64,000 nucleotides of DNA from contig OZ059896.1 in assembly GCA_964057225.1 (NCBI GenBank), positions 21,886,001-21,950,000 on the forward strand, written 5' to 3'. The notes beneath the pieces are model-generated. The model had not been told where the DNA came from, made no database searches, and saw only the letters and a list, made by a program, of their open reading frames with translations. Positions 51,930-64,000 of the stretch are shown one piece after another. The stretch comes from Auanema rhodensis (Eukaryota > Animalia > Nematoda). A program made the translations under genes and the position numbers. Numbering within the stretch: position 1 is the first letter of the stretch; each line of letters starts with the position of its first letter.

Positions 51930-54900
51930 TAAGCGTTTCTCAATGTAGTATAGTGCATTCGATGCGGATTTTTAAGCTGCGTCGATCTGTGTTATCAGAT
52001 TTGCGCTAGCTTAAAAATGCACCGAGATATCAACTGATATCTGTTCACACTTATATCCTCGATTTTCACCCTGAAGAATTATTTTTTTCGTTGAATAACC
52101 ATGTCCATCGTCTTTGCCTTGGAAAAAGGAATCTAAAAACATCTACTTTTTGCTAAATTATTTTGAAATTTTTCGAAAAAATTTTTGTCAAAATGTTTTT
52201 GGAAACAATGTTGAGTGTACATGGAAACTCAACATACACTAATGCATCATTTTTCAAACGATCATAACTAATTTCTGTATTAAGCGTTTCTCAATGTAGT
52301 ATAGTGCATTCGATGCGGATTTTTAAGCTGCGTCGATCTGTGTTATCCGATTTGCGCTAGCTTAAAAATGCACCGAGATATCAACTGATATAAGTTCACA
52401 CTTATATCCTCGATTTTCACCCTGAAGAATTAATTTTTTCGTTGAATAACATTGTCCATCGTCTTTGCTTCGAAAAAAGGAATCTAAAAACATCTACTTT
52501 TTGCTAAATTATTTTGAAATTTTTCGAAAAAATTTTTGTCAAAATGTTTTTGGAAGCAATGTTGAGTGTACATGGAAACTCAACATACACTAATGCATCA
52601 TTTTTCAAACGATCATAACTAATTTTTGTATTAAGCGTTTCTCAATGTAGTATAGTGCATTCGATGCGGATTTTTAAGCTGCGTCGATCTGTGTTATCAG
52701 ATTTGCGCTAGCTTAAAAATGCACCGAGATATCAACTGATATCTGTTCACACTTATATCCTCGATTTTCACCCTGAAGAATTATTTTTTTCGTTGAATAA
52801 CCATGTCCATCGTCTTTGCCTTGAAAAAAGGAATCTAAAAACATCTACTTTTTGCTAAATTATTTTGAAATTTTTCGAAAAAATTTTTGTCAAAATGTTT
52901 TTGGAAACAATGTTGAGTGTACATGGAAACTCAACATACACTAATGCATCATTTTTCAAACGATCATAACTAATTTCTGTATTAAGCGTTTCTCAATGTA
53001 GTATAGTGCATTCGATGCGGATTTTTAAGCTGCGTCGATCTGTGTTATCAGATTTGCGCTAGCTTAAAAATGCACCGAGATATCAACTGATATAAGTTCA
53101 CACTTATATCCTCGATTTTCACCCTGAAGAATTAATTTTTTCGTTGAATAACCATGTCCATCGTCTTTGCCTTGGAAAAAGGAATCTAAAAACATCTACT
53201 TTTTGCTAAATTATTTTGAAATTTTTCGAAAAAATTTTTGTCAAAATGTTTTTGGAAACAATGTTGAGTGTACATGGAAACTCAACATACACTAATGCAT
53301 CATTTTTCAAACGATCATAACTAATTTCTGTATTAAGCGTTTCTCAATGTAGTATAGTGCATTCGATGCGGATTTTTAAGCTGCGTCGATCTGTGTTATC
53401 CGATTTGCGCTAGCTTAAAAATGCACCGAGATATCAACTGATATAAGTTCACACTTATATCCTCGATTTTCACCCTGAAGAATTAATTTTTTCGTTGAAT
53501 AACATTGTCCATCGTCTTTGCTTCGAAAAAAGGAATCTAAAAACATCTACTTTTTGCTAAATTATTTTGAAATTTTTCGAAAAAATTTTTGTCAAAATGT
53601 TTTTGGAAGCAATGTTGAGTGTACATGGAAACTCAACATACACTAATGCATCATTTTTCAAACGATCATAACTAATTTTTGTATTAAGCGTTTCTCAATG
53701 TAGTATAGTGCATTCGATGCGGATTTTTAAGCTGCGTCGATCTGTGTTATCAGATTTGCGCTAGCTTAAAAATGCACCGAGATATCAACTGATATCTGTT
53801 CACACTTATATCCTCGATTTTCACCCTGAAGAATTATTTTTTTCGTTGAATAACCATGTCCATCGTCTTTGCCTTGAAAAAAGGAATCTAAAAACATCTA
53901 CTTTTTGCTAAATTATTTTGAAATTTTTCGAAAAAATTTTTGTCAAAATGTTTTTGGAAACAATGTTGAGTGTACATGGAAACTCAACATACACTAATGC
54001 ATCATTTTTCAAACGATCATAACTAATTTCTGTATTAAGCGTTTCTCAATGTAGTATAGTGCATTCGATGCGGATTTTTAAGCTGCGTCGATCTGTGTTA
54101 TCAGATTTGCGCTAGCTTAAAAATGCACCGAGATATCAACTGATATAAGTTCACACTTATATCCTCGATTTTCACCCTGAAGAATTAATTTTTTCGTTGA
54201 ATAACATTGTCCATCGTCTTTGCTTTGAAAAAAGGAATCTAAAAACATCTACTTTTTGCTAAATTATTTTGAAATTTTTCGAAAAAATTTTTGTCAAAAT
54301 GTTTTTGGAAGCAATGTTGAGTGTACATGGAAACTCAACATACACTAATGCATCATTTTTCAAACGATCATAACTAATTTCTGTTATAAGCGTTTCTCAA
54401 TGTAGTATAGTGCATTCGATGCGGATTTTTAAGCTGCGTCGATCTGTGTTATCAGATTTGCGCTAGCTTAAAAATGCACCGAGATATCAACTGATATCTG
54501 TTCACACTTATATCCTCGATTTTCACCCTGAAGAATTATTTTTTTCGTTGAATAACCATGTCCATCGTCTTTGCCTTGGAAAAAGGAATCTAAAAACATC
54601 TACTTTTTGCTAAATTATTTTGAAATTTTTCGAAAAAATTTTTGTCAAAATGTTTTTGGAAACAATGTTGAGTGTACATGGAAACTCAACATACACTAAT
54701 GCATCATTTTTCAAACGATCATAACTAATTTCTGTATTAAGCGTTTCTCAATGTAGTATAGTGCATTCGATGCGGATTTTTAAGCTGCGTCGATCTGTGT
54801 TATCCGATTTGCGCTAGCTTAAAAATGCACCGAGATATCAACTGATATAAGTTCACACTTATATCCTCGATTTTCACCCTGAAGAATTAATTTTTTCGTT

Positions 54901-55439
54901 GAATAACATTGTCCATCGTCTTTGCTTCGAAAAAAGGAATCTAAAAACATCTACTTTTTGCTAAATTATTTTGAAATTTTTCGAAAAAATTTTTGTCAAA
55001 ATGTTTTTGGAAGCAATGTTGAGTGTACATGGAAACTCAACATACACTAATGCATCATTTTTCAAACGATCATAACTAATTTTTGTATTAAGCGTTTCTC
55101 AATGTAGTATAGTGCATTCGATGCGGATTTTTAAGCTGCGTCGATCTGTGTTATCAGATTTGCGCTAGCTTAAAAATGCACCGAGATATCAACTGATATC
55201 TGTTCACACTTATATCCTCGATTTTCACCCTGAAGAATTATTTTTTTCGTTGAATAACCATGTCCATCGTCTTTGCCTTGAAAAAAGGAATCTAAAAACA
55301 TCTACTTTTTGCTAAATTATTTTGAAATTTTTCGAAAAAATTTTTGTCAAAATGTTTTTGGAAACAATGTTGAGTGTACATGGAAACTCAACATACACTA
55401 ATGCATCATTTTTCAAACGATCATAACTAATTTCTGTAT
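51930..55439 (+). repeat. 3/4-mer local HOR
   Basis: The marker ttatccga lies at 52348, 53401 and 54805 (spacings 1053 and 1404). Each is preceded by a ccttgga monomer and followed by a tatctg/accatg monomer. Confidence 0.8.
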
Positions 55440-58400
55440 TAAGCGTTTCTCAATGTAGTATAGTGCATTCGATGCGGATTTTTAAGCTGCGTCGATCTGT
55501 GTTATCAGATTTGCGCTAGCTTAAAAATGCACCGAGATATCAACTGATATAAGTTCACACTTATATCCTCGATTTTCACCCTGAAGATTTAATTTTTTCG
55601 TTGAATAACAATGTCCATCGTCTTTGCCTTGAAAAAAGGAATCTAAAAACATCTACTTTTTGCTAAATTATTTTGAAATTTTTCGAAAAAATTTTTGTCA
55701 AAATGTTTTTGGAAGCAATGTTGAGTGTACATGGAAACTCAACATACACTAATGCATCATTTTTTAAACGATCATAACTAATTTTTGTATTAAGCGTTTC
55801 TCAATGTAGTATAGTGCATTTGATGCGGATTTTTAAGCTGCGTCGATCTGTGTTATCAGATTTGCGCTAGCTTAAAAATGCACCGAGATATCAACTGATA
55901 TAAGTTCACACTTATATCCTCGATTTTCACCCTGAAGAATTAATTTTTTCGTTGAATAACATTGTCCATCGTCTTTGCCTTGAAAAAAGGAATCTAAAAA
56001 CATCTACTTTTTGCTAAATTATTTTGAAATTTTTCGAAAAAATTTTTGTCAAAATGTTTTTGGAAACAATGTTGAGTGTACATGGAAACTCAACATACAC
56101 TAATGCATCATTTTTCAAACGATCATAACTAATTTTTGTATTAAGCGTTTCTCAATGTAGTATAGTGCATTCGATGCGGATTTTTAAGCTGCGTCGATCT
56201 GTGTTATCAGATTTGCGCTAGCTTAAAAATGCACCGAGATATCAACTGATATAAGTTCACACTTATATCCTCGATTTTCACCCTGAAGAATTAATTTTTT
56301 CGTCGAATAACATTGTCCATCGTCTTTGCTTTGAAAAAAGGAATCTAAAAACATCTACTTTTTGCTAAATTATTTTGAAATTTTTCGAAAAAATTTTTGT
56401 CAAAATGTTTTTGGAAGCAATGTTGAGTGTACATGGAAACTCAACATACACTAATGCATCATGTTTCAAACGATCATAACTAATTTTTGTATTAAGCGTT
56501 TCTCAAGGTAGTATAGTGCATTCGATGCGGATTTTTAAGCTGCGTCGATCTGTGTTATCAGATTTGCGCTAGCTTAAAAATGCACCGAGATATCAACTGA
56601 TATCTGTTCACACTTATATCCTCGATTTTCACCCTGAAGAATTATTTTTTTCGTTGAATAACATTGTCCATCGTCTTTGCCTTGAAAAAAGGAATCTAAA
56701 AACATCTACTTTTTGCTAAATTATTTTGAAATTTTTCGAGAAAATTTTTGTCAAAATGTTTTTGGAAACAATGTTGATTGTACATGGAAACTCAACATAC
56801 ACTAATGCATCATTTTTCAAACGATCATAACTAATTTTTGTATTAAGCGTTTCTCAATGTAGTATAGTGCATTCGATGCGGATTTTTAAGCTGCGTCGAT
56901 CTGTGTTATCAGATTTGCGCTAGCTTAAAAATGCACCGAGATATCAACTGATATAAGTTCACACTTATATCCTCGATTTTCACCCTGAAGAATTAATTTT
57001 TTCGTTGAATAACAATGTCCATCGTCTTTGCCTTGAAAAAAGGAATCTAAAAACATCTACTTTTTGCTAAATTATTTTGAAATTTTTCGAAAAAATTTTT
57101 GTCAAAATGTTTTTGGAAGCAATGTTGAGTGTACATGGAAACTCAACATACACTAATGCATCATTTTTTAAACGATCATAACTAATTTTTGTATTAAGCG
57201 TTTCTCAATGTAGTATAGTGCATTCGATGCGGATTTTTAAGCTGCGTCGATCTGTGTTATCAGATTTGCGCTAGCTTAAAAATGCACCGAGATATCAACT
57301 GATATAAGTTCACACTTATATCCTCGATTTTCACCCTGAAGAATTAATTTTTTCGTTGAATAACATTGTCCATCGTCTTTGCCTTGAAAAAAGAAATCTA
57401 AAAACATCTACTTTTTGCTAAATTATTTTGAAATTTTTCGAAAAAATTTTTGTCAAAATGTTTTTGGAAACAATGTTGAGTGTACATGGAAACTCAACAT
57501 ACACTAATGCATCATTTTTCAAACGATCATAACTAATTTTTGTATTAAGCGTTTCTCAATGTAGTATAGTGCATTCGATGCGGATTTTTAAGCTGCGTCG
57601 ATCTGTGTTATCAGATTTGCGCTAGCTTAAAAATGCACCGAGATATCAACTGATATAAGTTCACACTTATATCCTCGATTTTCACCCTGAAGATTTAATT
57701 TTTTCGTTGAATAACAATGTCCATCGTCTTTGCCTTGAAAAAAGGAATCTAAAAACATCTACTTTTTGCTAAATTATTTTGAAATTTTTCGAAAAAATTT
57801 TTGTCAAAATGTTTTTGGAAGCAATGTTGAGTGTACATGGAAACTCAACATACACTAATGCATCATTTTTTAAACGATCATAACTAATTTTTGTATTAAG
57901 CGTTTCTCAATGTAGTATAGTGCATTTGATGCGGATTTTTAAGCTGCGTCGATCTGTGTTATCAGATTTGCGCTAGCTTAAAAATGCACCGAGATATCAA
58001 CTGATATAAGTTCACACTTATATCCTCGATTTTCACCCTGAAGAATTAATTTTTTCGTTGAATAACATTGTCCATCGTCTTTGCCTTGAAAAAAGGAATC
58101 TAAAAACATCTACTTTTTGCTAAATTATTTTGAAATTTTTCGAAAAAATTTTTGTCAAAATGTTTTTGGAAACAATGTTGAGTGTACATGGAAACTCAAC
58201 ATACACTAATGCATCATTTTTCAAACGATCATAACTAATTTTTGTATTAAGCGTTTCTCAATGTAGTATAGTGCATTCGATGCGGATTTTTAAGCTGCGT
58301 CGATCTGTGTTATCAGATTTGCGCTAGCTTAAAAATGCACCGAGATATCAACTGATATAAGTTCACACTTATATCCTCGATTTTCACCCTGAAGAATTAA

Positions 58401-61400
58401 TTTTTTCGTCGAATAACATTGTCCATCGTCTTTGCTTTGAAAAAAGGAATCTAAAAACATCTACTTTTTGCTAAATTATTTTGAAATTTTTCGAAAAAAT
58501 TTTTGTCAAAATGTTTTTGGAAGCAATGTTGAGTGTACATGGAAACTCAACATACACTAATGCATCATGTTTCAAACGATCATAACTAATTTTTGTATTA
58601 AGCGTTTCTCAAGGTAGTATAGTGCATTCGATGCGGATTTTTAAGCTGCGTCGATCTGTGTTATCAGATTTGCGCTAGCTTAAAAATGCACCGAGATATC
58701 AACTGATATCTGTTCACACTTATATCCTCGATTTTCACCCTGAAGAATTATTTTTTTCGTTGAATAACATTGTCCATCGTCTTTGCCTTGAAAAAAGGAA
58801 TCTAAAAACATCTACTTTTTGCTAAATTATTTTGAAATTTTTCGAAAAAATTTTTGTCAAAATGTTTTTGGAAACAATGTTGATTGTACATGGAAACTCA
58901 ACATACACTAATGCATCATTTTTCAAACGATCATAACTAATTTTTGTATTAAGCGTTTCTCAATGTAGTATAGTGCATTCGATGCGGATTTTTAAGCTGC
59001 GTCGATCTGTGTTATCAGATTTGCGCTAGCTTAAAAATGCACCGAGATATCAACTGATATAAGTTCACACTTATATCCTCGATTTTCACCCTGAAGAATT
59101 AATTTTTTCGTTGAATAACAATGTCCATCGTCTTTGCCTTGAAAAAAGGAATCTAAAAACATCTACTTTTTGCTAAATTATTTTGAAATTTTTCGAAAAA
59201 ATTTTTGTCAAAATGTTTTTGGAAGCAATGTTGAGTGTACATGGAAACTCAACATACACTAATGCATCATTTTTTAAACGATCATAACTAATTTTTGTAT
59301 TAAGCGTTTCTCGATGTAGTATAGTGCATTCGATGCGGATTTTTAAGCTGCGTCGATCTGTGTTATCAGATTTGCGCTAGCTTAAAAATGCACCGAGATA
59401 TCAACTGATATAAGTTCACACTTATATCCTCGATTTTCACCCTGAAGAATTAATTTTTTCGTTGAATAACATTGTCCATCGTCTTTGCCTTGAAAAAAGA
59501 AATCTAAAAACATCTACTTTTTGCTAAATTATTTTGAAATTTTTCGAAAAAATTTTTGTCAAAATGTTTTTGGAAACAATGTTGAGTGTACATGGAAACT
59601 CAACATACACTAATGCATCATTTTTCAAACGATCATAACTAATTTTTGTATTAAGCGTTTCTCAATGTAGTATAGTGCATTCGATGCGGATTTTTAAGCT
59701 GCGTCGATCTGTGTTATCAGATTTGCGCTAGCTTAAAAATGCACCGAGATATCAACTGATATAAGTTCACACTTATATCCTCGATTTTCACCCTGAAGAA
59801 TTAATTTTTTCGTCGAATAACATTGTCCATCGTCTTTGCTTTGAAAAAAGGAATCTAAAAACATCTACTTTTTGCTAAATTATTTTGAAATTTTTCGAAA
59901 AAATTTTTGTCAAAATGTTTTTGGAAGCAATGTTGAGTGTACATGGAAACTCAACATACACTAATGCATCATGTTTCAAACGATCATAACTAATTTTTGT
60001 ATTAAGCGTTTCTCAAGGTAGTATAGTGCATTCGATGCGGATTTTTAAGCTGCGTCGAACTGTGTTATCAGATTTGCGCTAGCTTAAAAATGCACCGAGA
60101 TATCAACTGATATCTGTTCACACTTATATCCTCGATTTTCACCCTGAAGAATTATTTTTTTCGTTGAATAACATTGTCCATCGTCTTTGCCTTGAAAAAA
60201 GGAATCTAAAAACATCTACTTTTTGCTAAATTATTTTGAAATTTTTCGAAAAAAATTTTGTCAAAATGTTTTTGGAAACAATGTTGATTGTACATGGAAA
60301 CTCAACATACACTAATGCATCATTTTTCAAACGATCATAACTAATTTTTGTATTAAGCGTTTCTCAATGTAGTATAGTGCATTCGATGCGGATTTTTAAG
60401 CTGCGTCGATCTGTGTTATCAGATTTGCGCTAGCTTAAAAATGCACCGAGATATCAACTGATATAAGTTCACACTTATATCCTCGATTTTCACCCTGAAG
60501 AATTAATTTTTTCGTTGAATAACAATGTCCATCGTCTTTGCCTTGAAAAAAGGAATCTAAAAACATCTACTTTTTGCTAAATTATTTTGAAATTTTTCGA
60601 AAAAATTTTTGTCAAAATGTTTTTGGAAACAATGTTGATTGTACATGGAAACTCAACATACACTAATGCATCATTTTTCAAACGATCATAACTAATTTTT
60701 GTATTAAGCGTTTCTCAATGTAGTATAGTGCATTCGATGCGGATTTTTAAGCTGCGTCGATCTGTGTTATCAGATTTGCGCTAGCTTAAAAATGCACCGA
60801 GATATCAACTGATATAAGTTCACACTTATATCCTCGATTTTCACCCTGAAGAATTAATTTTTTCGTTGAATAACATTGTCCATCGTCTTTGCTTTGAAAA
60901 AAGGAATCTAAAAACATCTACTTTTTGCTAAATTATTTTGAAATTTTTCGAAAACATTTTTGTCAAAATGTTTTTGGAAACAATGTTGAGTGTACATGGA
61001 AACTCAACATACACTAATGCATCATTTTTCAAACGATCATAACTAATTTTTGTATTAAGCGTTTCTCAATGTAGTATAGTGCATTCGATGCGGATTTTTA
61101 AGCTGCGTCGATCTGTGTTATCAGATTTGCGCTAGCTTAAAAATGCACCGAGATATCAACTGATATAAGTTCACACTTATATCCTCGATTTTCACCCTGA
61201 AGAATTAATTTTTTCGTCGAATAACATTGTCCATCGTCTTTGCTTTGAAAAAAGGAATCTAAAAACATCTACTTTTTGCTAAATTATTTTGAAATTTTTC
61301 GAAAAAATTTTTGTCAAAATGTTTTTGGAAGCAATGTTGAGTGTACATGGAAACTCAACATACACTAATGCATCATGTTTCAAACGATCATAACTAATTT

Positions 61401-63863
61401 TTGTATTAAGCGTTTCTCAAGGTAGTATAGTGCATTCGATGCGGATTTTTAAGCTGCGTCGATCTGTGTTATCAGATTTGCGCTAGCTTAAAAATGCACC
61501 GAGATATCAACTGATATCTGTTCACACTTATATCCTCGATTTTCACCCTGAAGAATTATTTTTTTCGTTGAATAACATTGTCCATCGTCTTTGCCTTGAA
61601 AAAAGGAATCTAAAAACATCTACTTTTTGCTAAATTATTTTGAAATTTTTCGAAAAAAATTTTGTCAAAATGTTTTTGGAAACAATGTTGATTGTACATG
61701 GAAACTCAACATACACTAATGCATCATTTTTCAAACGATCATAACTAATTTTTGTATTAAGCGTTTCTCAATGTAGTTTAGTGCATTCGATGCGGATTTT
61801 TAAGCTGCGTCGATCTGTGTTATCAGATTTGCGCTAGCTTAAAAATGCACCGAGATATCAACTGATATCTGTTCACACTTATATCCTCGATTTTCACCCT
61901 GAAGAATTATTTTTTTCGTTGAATAACCATGTCCATCGTCTTTGCCTTGAAAAAAGGAATCTAAAAACATCTACTTTTTGCTAAATTATTTTGAAATTTT
62001 TCGAAAAAAATTTTGTCAAAATGTTTTTGGAAACAATGTTGATTGTACATGGAAACTCAACATACACTAATGCATCATTTTTCAAACGATCATAACTAAT
62101 TTTTGTATTAAGCGTTTCTCAATGTAGTATAGTGCATTCGATGCGGATTTTTAAGCTGCGTCGATCTGTGTTATCAGATTTGCGCTAGCTTAAAAATGCA
62201 CCGAGATATCAACTGATATAAGTTCACACTTATATCCTCGATTTTCACCCTGAAGAATTAATTTTTTCGTTGAATAACAATGTCCATCGTCTTTGCCTTG
62301 AAAAAAGGAATCTAAAAACATCTACTTTTTGCTAAATTATTTTGAAATTTTTCGAAAAAATTTTTGTCAAAATGTTTTTGGAAGCAATGTTGAGTGTACA
62401 TGGAAACTCAACATACACTAATGCATCATTTTTCAAACGATCATAACTAATTTTTGTATTAAGCGTTTCTCAATGTAGTATAGTGCATTCGATGCGGATT
62501 TTTAAGCTGCGTCGATCTGTGTTATCAGATTTGCGCTAGCTTGAAAATGCACCGAGATATCAACTGATATAAGTTCACACTTATATCCTCGATTTTCACC
62601 CTGAAGAATTAATTTTTTCGTTGAATAACATTGTCCATCGTCTTTGCTTTGAAAAAAGGAATCTAAAAACATCTACTTTTTGCTAAATTATTTTGAAATT
62701 TTTCGAAAACATCTTTGTCAAAATGTTTTTGGAAACAATGTTGAGTGTACATGGAAACTCAACATACACTAATGCATCATTTTTCAAACGATCATAACTA
62801 ATTTTTGTATTAAGCGTTTCTCAATGTAGTATAGTGCATTCGATGCGGATTTTTAAGCTGCGTCGATCTGTGTTATCAGATTTGCGCTAGCTTAAAAATG
62901 CACCGAGATATCAACTGATATAAGTTCACACTTATATCCTCGATTTTCACCCTGAAGAATTAATTTTTTCGTCGAATAACATTGTCCATCGTCTTTGCTT
63001 TGAAAAAAGGAATCTAGAAACATCTACTTTTTGCTAAATTATTTTGAAATTTTTCGAAAAAATTTTTGTCAAAATGTTTTTGGAAGCAATGTTGAGTGTA
63101 CATGGAAACTCAACATACACTAATGCATCATGTTTCAAACGATCATAACTAATTTCTGTATTAAGCGTTTCTCAATGTAGTATAGTGCATTCGATGCGGA
63201 TTTTTAAGCTGCGTCGATCTGTGTTATCCGATTTGCGCTAGCTTAAAAATGCACCGAGATATCAACTGATATAAGTTCACACTTATATCCTCGATTTTCA
63301 CCCTGAAGAATTAATTTTTTCGTTGAATAACATTGTCCATCGTCTTTGCTTTGAAAAAAGGAATCTAAAAACATCTACTTTTTGCTAAATTATTTTGAAA
63401 TTTTTCGAAAAAATTTTTGTCAAAATGTTTTTGGAAGCAATGTTGAGTGTACATGGAAACTCAACATACACTAATGCATCATGTTTCAAACGATCATAAC
63501 TAATTTTTGTATTAAGCGTTTCTCCAGGTAGTATAGTGCATTCGATGCGGATTTTTAAGCTGCGTCGATCTGTGTTATCAGATTTGCGCTAGCTTAAAAA
63601 TGCACCGAGATATCAACTGATATCTGTTCACACTTATATCCTCGATTTTCACCCTGAAGAATTATTTTTTTCGTTGAATAACATTGTCCATCGTCTTTGC
63701 CTTGAAAAAAGGAATCTAAAAACATCTACTTTTTGCTAAATTATTTTGAAATTTTTCGAAAAAAATTTTGTCAAAATGTTTTTGGAAACAATGTTGATTG
63801 TACATGGAAACTCAACATACACTAATGCATCATTTTTCAAACGATCATAACTAATTTTTGTAT
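55440..63863 (+). repeat. Right domain: 6-mer duplication (2106 bp, 55440-59651) followed by 4- and 6-mer variants
   Basis: The gaagattta monomer starts at 55440/57546 and the atttgatg monomer at 55791/57897. The c(a/c)aggt+ttgatt monomer starts at 56493, 58599, 60003, 61407 and 63513, spaced 6, 4, 4 and 6 monomers apart. Confidence 0.82.
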
Positions 63864-64000
63864 TAAGCGTTTCTCAATGTAGTATAGTGCATTCGATGCG
63901 GATTTTTAAGCTGCGTCGATCTGTGTTATCAGATTTGCGCTAGCTTAAAAATGCACCGAGATATCAACTGATATCTGTTCACACTTATATCCTCGATTTT

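Larger units (their letters stand above)
1..64000 (+). repeat. Satellite DNA array, ~351-bp monomer, head-to-tail, 182 full copies plus 1 partial; runs to both window edges
   Basis: The motif (t/c)aagcgtttctcaatgtag recurs at 1, 351, 702, 1053, 1404, 1755 and so on to 63864. Monomers differ only by scattered SNPs and one 1-bp indel. No unique sequence and no orientation change were seen. Hand count of the monomer at 45963-46313: 57 C and 53 G of 351 (~31% GC). Confidence 0.99.

Noticed and set aside
17532-63863. Repeat-protein coding array (351 = 117 codons)
   Set aside because: The ORF track shows no long ORF in any frame, so stop codons interrupt every monomer.
1-64000. CRISPR-like or other repeat-spacer array (palindromic 28-bp unit at regular spacing)
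   Set aside because: The sequence between palindromes is near-identical in every unit, so there are no unique spacers. No cas or other genes are present.
1-64000. Assignment to a named ~350-360-bp satellite (e.g. Drosophila 1.688 family or tenebrionid beetle satellites)
   Set aside because: Only length and AT-richness agree. I cannot verify sequence homology without a database search.

Overview
The whole 64 kb window is one head-to-tail, single-orientation tandem array of an AT-rich monomer of about 351 bp (about 31% GC by hand count of one monomer). It holds 182 complete monomers plus a 137-bp partial one. I found no genes, RNA genes, transposon insertions, CRISPR spacers or inversions. This is eukaryotic-type satellite DNA, plausibly (peri)centromeric or heterochromatic. 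CpG is not depleted, which fits an invertebrate-like host, but I cannot name the species or family. Structure exists at two scales. (1) The monomer is largely tiled by about four inverted-repeat modules. Several recurring variants improve local inverted repeats, including two overlapping, mutually exclusive hairpins whose favouring alleles occupy different parts of the array. (2) Diagnostic SNPs show a patchwork of short-lived higher-order repeats (HORs): a 4-mer domain (1-17.5 kb), a duplicated 5-mer (17.7-21.2 kb), a singleton-rich zone (21.4-23.8 kb), four copies of a 7-mer (23.9-33.7 kb), mixed 2/3/9-mer and 25-monomer-offset duplications, seven identical monomers (45.6-48.1 kb), and 3/4-mer and 6/4-mer patterns to the end. 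The one ORF in the track arises from a single stop-removing SNP in one monomer. I do not find a new protein-coding system. All counts were made by eye and should be confirmed computationally.
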